64,000 bases of DNA. Origin: a virus (lineage: Duplodnaviria > Caudoviricetes). Under the pieces are notes generated by a model. It did no database searches and was not told the DNA's origin. It saw only the letters and a list, made by a program, of their open reading frames with translations. Numbering within the stretch: the stretch's first letter is position 1; each line of letters opens with the position of its first letter. A program made the translations under genes and the position numbers. This document shows positions 1 to 9,137 of the stretch, piece by piece. Where the stretch lies: IMG/VR virus record IMGVR_UViG_3300038530_003085, positions 96,001 to 160,000 of that record; one strand, 5' to 3'.

Positions 1-1
1 C

Positions 2-1081
2 AGCATTCAATTTACCGGCTTGCGCGGCAGCACCGTCAAATGTATCAAATTTATCAGTAATCTGTACCAAACGACCAATTTCAATACCAGTAATCTTAGC
101 TGCTACTGCTAAGTCTTTAAACGCTCTTGGGCCATCCGAACCTAATTTTGCTATTGAGGTTCCAACACTTGCAAAGTCAGAGGCTATTTTGCTGGGAGAT
201 TCACCTATGATGGTTGAAAAATCTGCTAAATCACTAGCTGTGGAGAGAGCCGCTTCGGCAGTTTGACCAAAAAACTTTGTTGTATTTTGAAAACCGGCTG
301 CAAGATCTTGATTTGCGATGCCGAGTTGATTTAAGACTGCAGTTGAGTTTGTTAATTTTACCTGTAAATCTTCGTTAGAAAGCGAAAAGTCTGTAAACGT
401 AGATCTTAAAGCTTGAAATGATTTAGACTGATCATCTAATGAAACACCAAATCGAGTCACTTCGTCTCGGGAGACTGCGAGCTTATCACCAAATTCTACG
501 GTGATCCCAGTTTGTCTTGCTAATGCTTTTGATGATTCATCAGCAGAGAAAGCCAAGCTGATAAATGAATCAACAAGTCCTGTTAGGGCCACAAGGCTCA
601 TCGCTATACCGCCGCGGACGGTACCCATTGTCAAGAAAAAATCCTTCATACGGAATATCAAATCCGAATTGACTTCCTCATGACGTTCGTAAACAGTTGT
701 CAATTGTTTGAATCTTCCAAGGGTGGTTCTAATGGAAGCGTTTTGTTGCGCTAATGCTTTGGCATTTTCCTTAACAGCAACGGTATCTTTCGCTAAAGAC
801 TCAGTTTTTTCTTTGATCATATCATTAAGCTTTGTGGCCTCAATGAATTCGTCAGCGGTACGTTGTTCATTATCCATGATTGCTTGATGTCGTTGCTTTA
901 AGGCTTCTAATTCTTGTCTACTCGTCGCAAGATTTTGTTCTGCGGTCTTCTGTGAAATGTTAAGAATACTATCAAGTAAAGCTTCATTGTCCCGTAAAGT
1001 GTCTCTATAGTCAGTCTGTTCTCTATTGATGCTCTTTAGGAGTTTTTCAATGCTTTTAAATGTTTTAATATCATCAGACAT
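2..1081 (-). CDS. Tape measure protein, N-terminal part (runs off the left edge; missing from the ORF track)
   Basis: I translated an open frame from ATG at 1081 (MSDDIKTFKSIEKLL...KFDTFDGAAAQAGKLNA) to the window edge. It is helical and A/L/K/E-rich, and lies directly after tube and chaperone genes, the canonical tape-measure position. Confidence 0.8.
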   Translation of the reverse strand, partial: MSDDIKTFKSIEKLLKSINREQTDYRDTLRDNEALLDSILNISQKTAEQNLATSRQELEALKQRHQAIMDNEQRTADEFIEATKLNDMIKEKTESLAKDTVAVKENAKALAQQNASIRTTLGRFKQLTTVYERHEEVNSDLIFRMKDFFLTMGTVRGGIAMSLVALTGLVDSFISLAFSADESSKALARQTGITVEFGDKLAVSRDEVTRFGVSLDDQSKSFQALRSTFTDFSLSNEDLQVKLTNSTAVLNQLGIANQDLAAGFQNTTKFFGQTAEAALSTASDLADFSTIIGESPSKIASDFASVGTSIAKLGSDGPRAFKDLAVAAKITGIEIGRLVQITDKFDTFDGAAAQAGKLNA

Positions 1082-1102
1082 AGGATTATTACCTTGCTTT
1101 AT

Positions 1103-1110
1103 TAATTAGT
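1103..1110 (-). promoter_or_regulatory. Putative late promoter motif ACTAATTA upstream of the tape measure
   Basis: Variant of the ACTAnTTA motif that recurs before structural genes; about 20 nt upstream of the ATG and just after a terminator. Confidence 0.55.
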
Positions 1111-1116
1111 TACAAT

Positions 1117-1143
1117 AAAAAAAGACAGGGCTTTAACCCTGTC
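1117..1143 (-). terminator. Rho-independent terminator after the tail chaperone genes
   Basis: Minus strand GACAGGG-ttaaag-CCCTGTC followed by TTTTTTT; the stop codon of the 1133 ORF lies in the loop. Confidence 0.8.
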
Positions 1144-1375
1144 CATATTTTTTACGATACTCTGCCGGTACGGGAGGAGCATTATTTGATGTTAAAGTTT
1201 GAGATTTTGAGCCACCTTTTGATGCCTCCTCAATTGCTTCTTGCTCTTCCTTTAGTTGTCTAGAGAGTCTTTGAACAAACCACCTACGCAAACCAATTGG
1301 CAAATTATACGCTTCAGAAAATGACCACCCACCAGCATATTTCAAATAGAAAAATTGCTCATAGATGTTTTCCAT
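1133..1375 (-). CDS. Small tail/baseplate-hub assembly chaperone (lambda T / T4 gp51-like); possibly expressed as a frameshift extension of the upstream ORF
   Basis: MENIYEQFFYLKYAGGWSFSEAYNLPIGLRRWFVQRL has the WS.SE..NLP...R.WF pattern typical of such chaperone tails. It lies between the chaperone and the tape measure. The ATG at 1375 is chosen over the track's 1435. Confidence 0.65.
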   Translation of the reverse strand: MENIYEQFFYLKYAGGWSFSEAYNLPIGLRRWFVQRLSRQLKEEQEAIEEASKGGSKSQTLTSNNAPPVPAEYRKKYGQG

Positions 1376-1379
1376 ATAT

Positions 1380-2249
1380 TCATCGGTCAGGCCAAAAAAA
1401 GTCCGCGGTGAGCGGCACCTCCAAGTCCGCTTCATAGGAACAGTTAATACACTCGAAATCCTGAGTCATGTCGATATTTGGACTAACGGACTGGAATGCC
1501 TGCCTAAGATATCTCGCATCGATTGAAGGCATATTGTCAACAACATAGTTAATGGCCTCGGAAGTAGTATTACCATTAACATCAATAATGATGTTCTTAA
1601 GTTGTCTGGTCACATTCTTCTCATAATCGCCTTTAGCTTTTTTATCCATTTCAAGACCAGCTAGCAGTACTCTTTCATCAGCACCGGTTAATAAGCGGAA
1701 ACCAATGTTTAATCCTGATCTTGGTAATTCTACTACAAATGTGCCATCTTCTCGCTGCTTAACTGCACTAGAAACAACTCTATCAACAAGGTTTTTGCCA
1801 ACTGTAAGCTCACCTAAATTGAATGTGTGCTCTTGTTGAGTAGAACAGTTAGGACATACGACCTTAGTTGTGTAGTCACTGCCATATGCAGATATTCTAG
1901 CAGCAATCACAATGGCATTTCTATCACCCACTAGCAAAGTTTCTGGATCAATTGAGTTATCAATGATCAAGCTGGAAATTACACGCTCAAGTGCAACACC
2001 TTTCTTGAGAAGACTGCGTGAAGTTAGCATATCTTCTTCTTTTGCTGTCATCTGCTTAATTTCAATCGTTGACTGATTATGGAGCGGATGGCTGGGGTCG
2101 TAATAGATACCATTAGATGGTAATTCAACAAATTCCGTTGGAACTACAAAGCTAAAATTATTCGTGGCTTGTACGTTCTGTTGTGGTGGGGCAGTATCCT
2201 GTTCCGTTGCGCCGCCGCCACCGGTTACGCGCTTACTATTTCTAGACAA
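1380..2249 (-). CDS. Tail/baseplate hub assembly chaperone (T4 gp26-like)
   Basis: VELPSNG.YY, IKQMTAKEEDMLTS, LLVGDRNAIVIAARISAYG, two CxxC motifs (CPNC, CINC) and a C-terminal DFFWP; located after the tail tube gene. Confidence 0.75.
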   Translation of the reverse strand: MSRNSKRVTGGGGATEQDTAPPQQNVQATNNFSFVVPTEFVELPSNGIYYDPSHPLHNQSTIEIKQMTAKEEDMLTSRSLLKKGVALERVISSLIIDNSIDPETLLVGDRNAIVIAARISAYGSDYTTKVVCPNCSTQQEHTFNLGELTVGKNLVDRVVSSAVKQREDGTFVVELPRSGLNIGFRLLTGADERVLLAGLEMDKKAKGDYEKNVTRQLKNIIIDVNGNTTSEAINYVVDNMPSIDARYLRQAFQSVSPNIDMTQDFECINCSYEADLEVPLTADFFWPDR

Positions 2250-2278
2250 TATACACCTCTTTGTTTCTAGATAGATTT

Positions 2279-2287
2279 ATTATATCA
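2279..2287 (-). promoter_or_regulatory. Possible extended -10 sigma70 promoter (TGaTATAAT) for the chaperone gene
   Basis: Minus strand ttgTGaTATAAT in the intergenic gap; no recognisable -35. Confidence 0.4.
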
Positions 2288-2312
2288 CAATTTTAATTGT
2301 TTTAGAGTTTTT

Positions 2313-2909
2313 TTAACCGTTAAAGAACTCAGTGCCTTGGTTACCTGCGGTAGCCATCGAGCCCTTGCTGTTCAATACTTCAAGTCGAGCCCAATCGTAT
2401 GCAATGTCAAGAGAAATCTCAACCAAGCCTTCGCCACCTTCATATTGCAATTGGCCATAATCAACCTTAGTGATAAAAGAGTTCCAAAGTGTCCACTTCT
2501 CAATCTCGTTGCCATCACCATCTAACTGGACAATATATACAGTACCAAGAGCACCGGCAGAACGAGACTTGGACATCGAACCTAAATCGTTGGGATTATC
2601 CGGTGGACGATAGCCCGACTGACTAACAATGTCTGACAAGGTTGCAGACATATCAGGGTCTCTCGGATCGACCAAGGTCATAGACACTGGGCTCCAAGTA
2701 ACACCACCGGGGTAGTAAAACTTGTGGTTAAGGTAAACATGTTCACCGGTTGAAACCTCGAAAGATGGCTTGTTAACGGTTTTAGCATACCACACGAGAG
2801 GACCACCGGTATCTGCATTGATACCTGTAATCTCTACTTTGAATCTAAATTGTCTCTTTGGATCTTTCAACTCAGTTGATGAGCGATAATCGTCTGACCA
2901 GAATGGCAT
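2313..2909 (-). CDS. gp19: Tail tube protein (T4 gp19-like)
   Basis: DPKRQFRFKV, YAKTVNKPS, YYPGGVTWSPVSMTLVDP, EKWTL.N.FI..VDYG.L.Y, I.YDWA; directly after the sheath gene. Confidence 0.9.
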   Translation of the reverse strand: MPFWSDDYRSSTELKDPKRQFRFKVEITGINADTGGPLVWYAKTVNKPSFEVSTGEHVYLNHKFYYPGGVTWSPVSMTLVDPRDPDMSATLSDIVSQSGYRPPDNPNDLGSMSKSRSAGALGTVYIVQLDGDGNEIEKWTLWNSFITKVDYGQLQYEGGEGLVEISLDIAYDWARLEVLNSKGSMATAGNQGTEFFNG

Positions 2910-2934
2910 TTTTGGGGTTCTCCTTGTATATTTT

Positions 2935-2942
2935 TAAATAGT
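2935..2942 (-). promoter_or_regulatory. Putative late promoter ACTATTTA (tail tube)
   Basis: Exact motif in the intergenic gap, upstream of an AAGGAG SD and the ATG at 2909. Confidence 0.65.
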
Positions 2943-2955
2943 ATGTAAGTTTTTT

Positions 2956-5910
2956 TTAGTCGTCAAAAGACGCTCCAGTTGATGCAACAACGAAGTCGAT
3001 TGCAATAAATTCAATCGCACGTGCTGGCTTAACCATGATCTTCGCATAAAGAATATTCTGATCAACGAGATCGGGGGTAGTAGTCGATTCATCAAGAATT
3101 AACTTGTAGTCCGAGATACCAAAGTTGGTCTTAACGTTTGCCAAGAATGGCTCAACAAGACCCTTGAATCTGTTCCAAGTTGTGGGAACATTTTGTTCAA
3201 AAAGAATTTGAGAAGAGATAATCGAGATCTGCTTCTTCAAGTAGATTACAAGTCTGCGAACATTAATTCTGTCAAGTGCGCTTTGACGCTCTTGTAATGT
3301 CTTCTGACCAAATACTACGATTCCAGTCGATGGGAACGAGGCGATTGGGTTGATATTAGAATCATACAACACATCTCTTTCCTTAGAAGTTAACTTAGCT
3401 GTGACACCAAGAATTGGTAATCCTGCAGCACCCTCAGTGAGTCCACCGCGGTTAAAGCCGGCTGGTGCAAACCAGAGGTGCGACTTGCGCTCAGACGAGG
3501 CGAGAACACCCATCATGGCTACGGAAGGTGGAATCCAAAGCAACTGTCCGTTAGCATCTTCGCGTGTTTGAACCCAAGGATAGAAAGTTGCACCATAGGA
3601 AGAATCAATTGCTCTGTTCTTCAAGTTGGTGGCCAACTGTGTTGGGGTGTTAGGAATGCGTGATGGCTTTGTTTTTCTTGTGGAATACTCACCTTCTGCG
3701 AATGGTAAGTATGCGTTTTCAAGATCAATAAGTGCCATTGCATCACCTCTATCTTCACAGACACTAATCATTCTCCTTGTCAATGAATCAGTAGTAATAC
3801 CGGGTGCAGTTAACAAGTTGATATCAACAAACTCGGGATCTGCTAATGTATCAATTGCTCTAAGAAGCGTGTAGTATGTGTAGCTGTTCTGCTCAGTTGC
3901 GGCAGCGCCTCTACCATTGTTGAAGAATGGGTCAGGCTTGGTAATATCAAGTCCGTCAAATCCACCCCAGAATGGCGCTGTGAACTTATCGTAACCTGCT
4001 TCGAGTGCGGCCACATACGACGCAGATGTAATTGAGCGACCACCACGACCGTCAGAGCCTCTAGAGCCAGAATCGTAATAAGCTCCGTTATCACCCAAGA
4101 CGATATCATCCAAGGTGAAGACGTATGAATAAGGGTCGATACCAGTCGTAGATGACTCAAGAGGATCATCAGGAATAGAATTATTCAAGAGTCTGTTGAC
4201 CATACGTGTGCTCGGGTCGAATCTATCAGAACCACTGGTTTGAGTAGTTTGGATACCGAAGTAGGTGCTTTCCGAAGACAATGCGCCAGCCGATGCCGAG
4301 ACTCTAAGTCTAAGATCAGGATATCTTAAAGAAGCTGTAATTGCGGCTTGCCCTTCATCAGTTCCTTTAAGTGCAAATCCACCAGATAAGTGATACTTTG
4401 CAGGCGAGCCAATGCCATCGCCGTTTAAGAAGAAGTATTGATTAGGCGTTGAAGGTGCATTTGGTGGTGTTTCATCAGATGCGTGTCCAAAGATGGTAAC
4501 CTTGCCTTCACTGTATCTAGGCGGCCCATAGAAGCCGAATGGAAGAAGAAGTGGATCAGTAGCTGCGGCTTCGACATCAGGGTTCATCTCAACATAAACA
4601 AACTTAGACTGATTTGCATATTCGCCGTATAACCTAAGTCTACGTTCATGATTATTCCACTCAAAGAATTGATCACCAATCTTTCTCGCAACAAAGTTTG
4701 GAGACGCTGGATCTAAAGTACACTTATCAAATCTTTCAACAACTTGAACTGCACCATCAGAATCGCTAATCATTCTCAATACTACAGAGAAAGTTCCGTA
4801 CTCTGTTGTAGAAGTAGTGGACTGCAAGATGTTCTCAATTGAAACTTTTAAGTTCCGGTTAATGTATTCACCGTGACCTCGACCTTTAAGTCGGAACAAT
4901 CTTTGAGGTGCAAGATTACCACCGGGAACTTGTAAATCTTGACTGATAAACCAACCAGCCTTAGCTTCTGTGGCTCCCTTGGCTGCAACGTCCTTCATAT
5001 TCGCAGGAGTATTAGAATCAGGGTTGGTTCCACTCAAAGCGACTACTCCAATAAATCCGACAAGTGTGGTACTACCTAACTGATCACCAGTGATGTCTCT
5101 TGCTTCTTGCTCGTATGTTTCACCAAGCCAGTAATCTCTTTCAACACTTGTGGGGTAGAAGTTACCATCTTTTACAATTGTTGGGTTGGTGTTGAAAACC
5201 TTACGAATATAATTTCTGTTGTTTGGATCGAGAGAGAATGGAATCTCTTCTACGACATCTGTAGAACCAGTAATAATTCTAGCAGTAAACAATCCATTAC
5301 CATCGGACACAATCGGCATACCAAAGGAAGAAGTAGTTCCTAAAGCTGGTGCGCGTCCGGTCTCGGTACCGTAAACTGTACCAGATAATTCGATACGACT
5401 ATCTTGAAGATACCACACAGCAGCTAAAGAGGCAGTTGCTTGAGTTCCTAAACCACCGCCCGACGCGGCGTCAAAAGACGATGAGGGTGCGATGAACAAT
5501 CCGAAAGCTCCTCCACCATCACCGGTGCCGGCACGGTTTTTAGTTCTCCAGCCTGCCAAAGCATCTGCTTCCTCTTCAGCCTCAGGATGTTGATGTCCTA
5601 AAAGTCTCATGTATGTTAAAGGTGCAACGTTGGGTCGTAAGAATGCTTTGGCAGCATATGTTCCGTACATAGGCGAAAGATAATTTCCATCACGGTAGAC
5701 ATCGCCACCTGAGCGGCCGGCGACTGTTTCGCCAAAGTTTTCAACGAATTGAGAATAAGACTCTACTCTGACTGGCTGCATAGAGATACCTCTCTTTGCG
5801 CGGCCAATAACTGCAGGGCCTATTGTATCTGCAGAGCGGGGGATAAACGAGTTATCAATTTCATTAATAAAAACTCCCGGGGATACAAATTTAAATTTCT
5901 TTACTGACAT
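2956..5910 (-). CDS. gp18: Contractile tail sheath protein (T4 gp18-like)
   Basis: N-terminal FVSPGVFINEIDNS; C-terminal WFAPAGFNRG, INPIASFP, VFGQKTLQ, SALDRINVRRL, KPARAIEFIAIDF. Confidence 0.97.
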   Translation of the reverse strand: MSVKKFKFVSPGVFINEIDNSFIPRSADTIGPAVIGRAKRGISMQPVRVESYSQFVENFGETVAGRSGGDVYRDGNYLSPMYGTYAAKAFLRPNVAPLTYMRLLGHQHPEAEEEADALAGWRTKNRAGTGDGGGAFGLFIAPSSSFDAASGGGLGTQATASLAAVWYLQDSRIELSGTVYGTETGRAPALGTTSSFGMPIVSDGNGLFTARIITGSTDVVEEIPFSLDPNNRNYIRKVFNTNPTIVKDGNFYPTSVERDYWLGETYEQEARDITGDQLGSTTLVGFIGVVALSGTNPDSNTPANMKDVAAKGATEAKAGWFISQDLQVPGGNLAPQRLFRLKGRGHGEYINRNLKVSIENILQSTTSTTEYGTFSVVLRMISDSDGAVQVVERFDKCTLDPASPNFVARKIGDQFFEWNNHERRLRLYGEYANQSKFVYVEMNPDVEAAATDPLLLPFGFYGPPRYSEGKVTIFGHASDETPPNAPSTPNQYFFLNGDGIGSPAKYHLSGGFALKGTDEGQAAITASLRYPDLRLRVSASAGALSSESTYFGIQTTQTSGSDRFDPSTRMVNRLLNNSIPDDPLESSTTGIDPYSYVFTLDDIVLGDNGAYYDSGSRGSDGRGGRSITSASYVAALEAGYDKFTAPFWGGFDGLDITKPDPFFNNGRGAAATEQNSYTYYTLLRAIDTLADPEFVDINLLTAPGITTDSLTRRMISVCEDRGDAMALIDLENAYLPFAEGEYSTRKTKPSRIPNTPTQLATNLKNRAIDSSYGATFYPWVQTREDANGQLLWIPPSVAMMGVLASSERKSHLWFAPAGFNRGGLTEGAAGLPILGVTAKLTSKERDVLYDSNINPIASFPSTGIVVFGQKTLQERQSALDRINVRRLVIYLKKQISIISSQILFEQNVPTTWNRFKGLVEPFLANVKTNFGISDYKLILDESTTTPDLVDQNILYAKIMVKPARAIEFIAIDFVVASTGASFDD

Positions 5911-5966
5911 AGTGTTGCTTTCCTTCTTTAGAATGAATTTGTCATAATGACGGGTATATCATAACT

Positions 5967-5974
5967 TAAATAGT
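5967..5974 (-). promoter_or_regulatory. Putative late promoter ACTATTTA (sheath)
   Basis: Exact motif in the intergenic region upstream of the ATG at 5910. Confidence 0.65.
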
Positions 5975-6029
5975 ATTTCTATCTTCAAAAGGAGGAAGAG
6001 AAACGACAAAATAACGTTCAGTTCCTGAT

Positions 6030-6905
6030 TTAATCTTCAAAAAAGCTGGCTTCCCCCGGAAATGGCTCAGACTCTCTTGGAAAAGTTACCTCAACAAAGT
6101 TTTCCTCAACCCTTACTAATTCTCTATCATCATTGGGGCCTTCGCCTATTAGGTAACCTAAAACTCGTATAACTATATCGGTTTGAAACATTCTTACTTC
6201 TTCGTTTAAAGTCGCAACATTATTGTTGTGGGCAAAGCTTTGATCTATAAATGCCTCGTAAATGTGTCCATTTCTTCTTAACAAAAACGAATTAATTTGT
6301 CCAGTCCTTGCGATAAAAGGTTGCATTAATGAATTCATCTGTTGTTGGTACTCAGAACGAATAGTTATTTTGTATTCTAAATTAACATATACAGGAATAG
6401 GAATGGACAAGGTTTGAATTACAACTTTGTGATTTACTCTCGGAAAGTTTTGCTGTATCTTACCTGAGTTATATGAACGTGTTCCTGAAGCAACAGCAAA
6501 GTTTCTAGTCTTATCTTGCTTGATTTTCTTAGCAATCACCATTCTTCCGCTTCGGCCATTGCCTTTATCAGAAAAAAGATGGGCTTGAAATGATCCTTTG
6601 GCAGCAGGATCCTTAACAATTCCTGTTCTTTCAATGCTGACAACAGGCAAGATAATAGAACCTTCGTCATCTCTTAACGAACGATCATTCTTGACTTGGA
6701 ATGAACGCTCTGGTGATTGCCAGAATACTGGCACTTTTGTATACCCAGCATTTGTTTTAGCTATTAATTCAAGATCTTCCTTGAGCCAAGAAACAATTGA
6801 GTAATCTATATCTTCTATAGACGAGCCAAGCATTCCGATCTCTTTTAGTGTAAATCTGTCTTTGGTTGGTGGTAATTGTGCAAAATCAAAGTTATCAGGT
6901 AGCAT
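6030..6905 (-). CDS. Tail completion / sheath terminator protein (T4 gp15-like)
   Basis: Lies between neck and sheath genes; KVPVFWQSPER, LPVVSIERTG, IPIPVYVNLEYKITI...QQQMN. Likely start is MLPDNF at 6905, overlapping the gp14-like stop. Confidence 0.65.
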   Translation of the reverse strand: MLPDNFDFAQLPPTKDRFTLKEIGMLGSSIEDIDYSIVSWLKEDLELIAKTNAGYTKVPVFWQSPERSFQVKNDRSLRDDEGSIILPVVSIERTGIVKDPAAKGSFQAHLFSDKGNGRSGRMVIAKKIKQDKTRNFAVASGTRSYNSGKIQQNFPRVNHKVVIQTLSIPIPVYVNLEYKITIRSEYQQQMNSLMQPFIARTGQINSFLLRRNGHIYEAFIDQSFAHNNNVATLNEEVRMFQTDIVIRVLGYLIGEGPNDDRELVRVEENFVEVTFPRESEPFPGEASFFED

Positions 6906-7383
6906 CGAATAATCCTCTTCTAGCACGCTTGCAGATTGCCATTGTCTCAAACGTGTGTTCAACTTGACCAAAAAGTTTTCTTGGTGACGTTAACTTAACT
7001 ATCTCGTAATATAAATCTCCGTATAAAACAAAATCACCTTGTCGAACAAAAACATCCTGATCATCAGTCAAACGTCTTTCGTGAAAATATACGTTAATCA
7101 TTGCATTCGCATCTACACCAACGCCTTCAAGATATGATGTAGTCTCTTCTTCAACATTAACAAGAGCATATATTCTTATTGGTGGTAAGAATGTTTTTTC
7201 CACAGCCTCACCATACATATCATGAAAGTCAGTTCTTTCTATGTCGATAGAATAGTATAGAATCTGCTGTCCAATGACTTTTTCAATTAATTCATCATTG
7301 ACTTGCTTAACAAGGTCTCTCTCCTTCTTACCCAGAAAGAGAGGTGGTGGCGGCTGCTCTGGTCTGTTCCATTCATCTGCCAT
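6895..7383 (-). CDS. Neck / head-closure protein (T4 gp14-like)
   Basis: ELIEKVIGQQILYY, DMYGEAVEKTF, VRQGDFVLYGDLYYEI; follows the gp13-like gene. Confidence 0.7.
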   Translation of the reverse strand: MADEWNRPEQPPPPLFLGKKERDLVKQVNDELIEKVIGQQILYYSIDIERTDFHDMYGEAVEKTFLPPIRIYALVNVEEETTSYLEGVGVDANAMINVYFHERRLTDDQDVFVRQGDFVLYGDLYYEIVKLTSPRKLFGQVEHTFETMAICKRARRGLFDAT

Positions 7384-7388
7384 CTACT

Positions 7389-8663
7389 TTACCCTACAAA
7401 AATTGGTAATGGAGAAGATTTGAAAACTGTCTCTGTTGCTGCAGCAGACTCGGCATCGTATTTAACAAGCTCTTTGTATTCGACCTCTTTAAGCATCTCC
7501 ATCAATTTGTCCTTAAGTTGTTGCTGCTCATCTTTAGCTTGAGCTAAGAGTTCACTGTGGTTTAACGTTACACTTTCACCCGGAATAGGAATAGTAGTAA
7601 ATTTACCTCTAATTTGTCCAAGCATTTCTTTGCACAATGCTAGCGCATATTTTCTAATCCATTGTTTACCTATTGAATTTATATTCTCAAATGGTATGTT
7701 GCCAAATGGCAGAGTGTTGATATTGTTTATACCATCGACACCATCATCATAACCAGAGTTAGATTCAAATACATTCTGATCATCAATGTAAAACCTAAAC
7801 CACATAGTCTTAATAGAATCAAATCCGTAATCACCGGGTCTTGGATATATTCTTAACTTGTTGTCTATGATCTCGTAAGAAAAATGAGATGTTCTTGTAT
7901 AGATTGAGTCCTCATACATTATAGCTTGCATCTTGTTTTGCCACGTAGGCACAATTTCAAATGTAGAATCATCTGCAAACTGTCCATATGTTGAATAGTT
8001 ACCAATAACATTGATACCACCATAATAACCAAAGAATCGCCACATTGCTCTTGGCGTTTTGAAGAAGACTTTGTTAACAATAATTCTTTTATTTTCTACT
8101 TTGCCTGCAAATGGAACTACATTCCCATTATCATCAACACCATTTGTTGATTGTGTTTCTAAAATTTGCTGCAAGTCATAATCTTGTTGACCGCTAACTG
8201 AATTAAACGATGCGGAGTATTGTTGAATAGTTCCACCAAAACCAGCCATTGCAGCCATAGAGTCGCCAATTCTTCTTTCCTGTTGTGCTTGAAATCTTGG
8301 ATACTTCATGCTTGCACTAACAGGACCAGACATTCTATTACCATTGTGATCAAATGTACCCGTTACATTTCCAAGTGCATTCGAGATACTGTTTTTACTT
8401 TGATGAAGGTTTACAATATAAGAGTACTCTAGTACAGCCTCTTCATATGCAGCATAAACATTGTCTGTTGTTAGTTCTATATCGACAACGTCGCCACCAA
8501 GCTTTTTATATGTATAAGCTACTTGGTCAGATGCGCCACTTAAAAATTCAATTGAGCCAGTGTAAATACCAAACGGAACTGCGGATGCGACATCATCAGT
8601 AGAACCAGTGGACGTTAAGACAATGGCGCTTTGTTGAGATTTAGGATTTAAATTTGTTGGCAT
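7389..8663 (-). CDS. Neck / head-tail adaptor protein (T4 gp13-like)
   Basis: KLGGDVVDIELT, WIRKYALALCKEMLGQIRGKF, IPGESVTLN, C-terminal PLPIFVG. Confidence 0.85.
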   Translation of the reverse strand: MPTNLNPKSQQSAIVLTSTGSTDDVASAVPFGIYTGSIEFLSGASDQVAYTYKKLGGDVVDIELTTDNVYAAYEEAVLEYSYIVNLHQSKNSISNALGNVTGTFDHNGNRMSGPVSASMKYPRFQAQQERRIGDSMAAMAGFGGTIQQYSASFNSVSGQQDYDLQQILETQSTNGVDDNGNVVPFAGKVENKRIIVNKVFFKTPRAMWRFFGYYGGINVIGNYSTYGQFADDSTFEIVPTWQNKMQAIMYEDSIYTRTSHFSYEIIDNKLRIYPRPGDYGFDSIKTMWFRFYIDDQNVFESNSGYDDGVDGINNINTLPFGNIPFENINSIGKQWIRKYALALCKEMLGQIRGKFTTIPIPGESVTLNHSELLAQAKDEQQQLKDKLMEMLKEVEYKELVKYDAESAAATETVFKSSPLPIFVG

Positions 8664-8681
8664 TGATTAGGTTCCTCAAAT

Positions 8682-8689
8682 TAATTAGT
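8682..8689 (-). promoter_or_regulatory. Putative late promoter ACTAATTA (neck genes)
   Basis: Motif variant about 20 nt upstream of the ATG at 8663, ahead of a GAGG SD. Confidence 0.55.
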
Positions 8690-8733
8690 AAAGAGGCAAT
8701 CAATGACCACCTTTAAAATACATAAGTTTTAAA

Positions 8734-9039
8734 CTATTCAGTTGTTTGTTTCTTCTGAGTAGTTTTCTTGGTAGTCTTTCTGGTTCGCGTTTTTCTAGTT
8801 TTACTAGTTGTTTTGGTAGTAGTCTCTTTAACCTTAACACCTGCAGAGCCTGCAGTTTTAACAACGGTCTGCTCAACTGTATTCACTTTAGCAACTATCG
8901 GAGTTGAAATTGTCTCCTCAACTATTGTTGCAGGTTCTTCATCAGTGCTTGATACGCTATTAATTGCTTTTAACACTGGATGATTAGAATGCTTTGCATT
9001 GAATTTTTGACTAATACGAAGTCTGCGTTTTTTGCCCAT
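8734..9039 (-). CDS. Small basic K/T/R-rich protein, possibly nucleic-acid binding
   Basis: AGGAGG SD, its own motif at 9059-9066, and a C-terminus TTTKTTSKTRKTRTRKTTKKTTQKK. Confidence 0.7.
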   Translation of the reverse strand: MGKKRRLRISQKFNAKHSNHPVLKAINSVSSTDEEPATIVEETISTPIVAKVNTVEQTVVKTAGSAGVKVKETTTKTTSKTRKTRTRKTTKKTTQKKQTTE

Positions 9040-9058
9040 TATGGCCTCCTGTTAGTAG

Positions 9059-9066
9059 TAAATAGT
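9059..9066 (-). promoter_or_regulatory. Putative late promoter ACTATTTA
   Basis: Exact motif just downstream of a terminator and upstream of the 9039 ATG. Confidence 0.65.
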
Positions 9067-9080
9067 ATCAAAATATTTAA

Positions 9081-9116
9081 AAAGTAAAACCCCCCAACCC
9101 GAAAGGGAAGGGGGGC
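9081..9116 (-). terminator. Rho-independent terminator
   Basis: Minus strand CCCCCC-tt-CCC-tttc-GGG-tt-GGGGGG followed by TTTTACTTT. Confidence 0.8.
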
Positions 9117-9137
9117 AAAATTTAAAAGTTTAATTTA

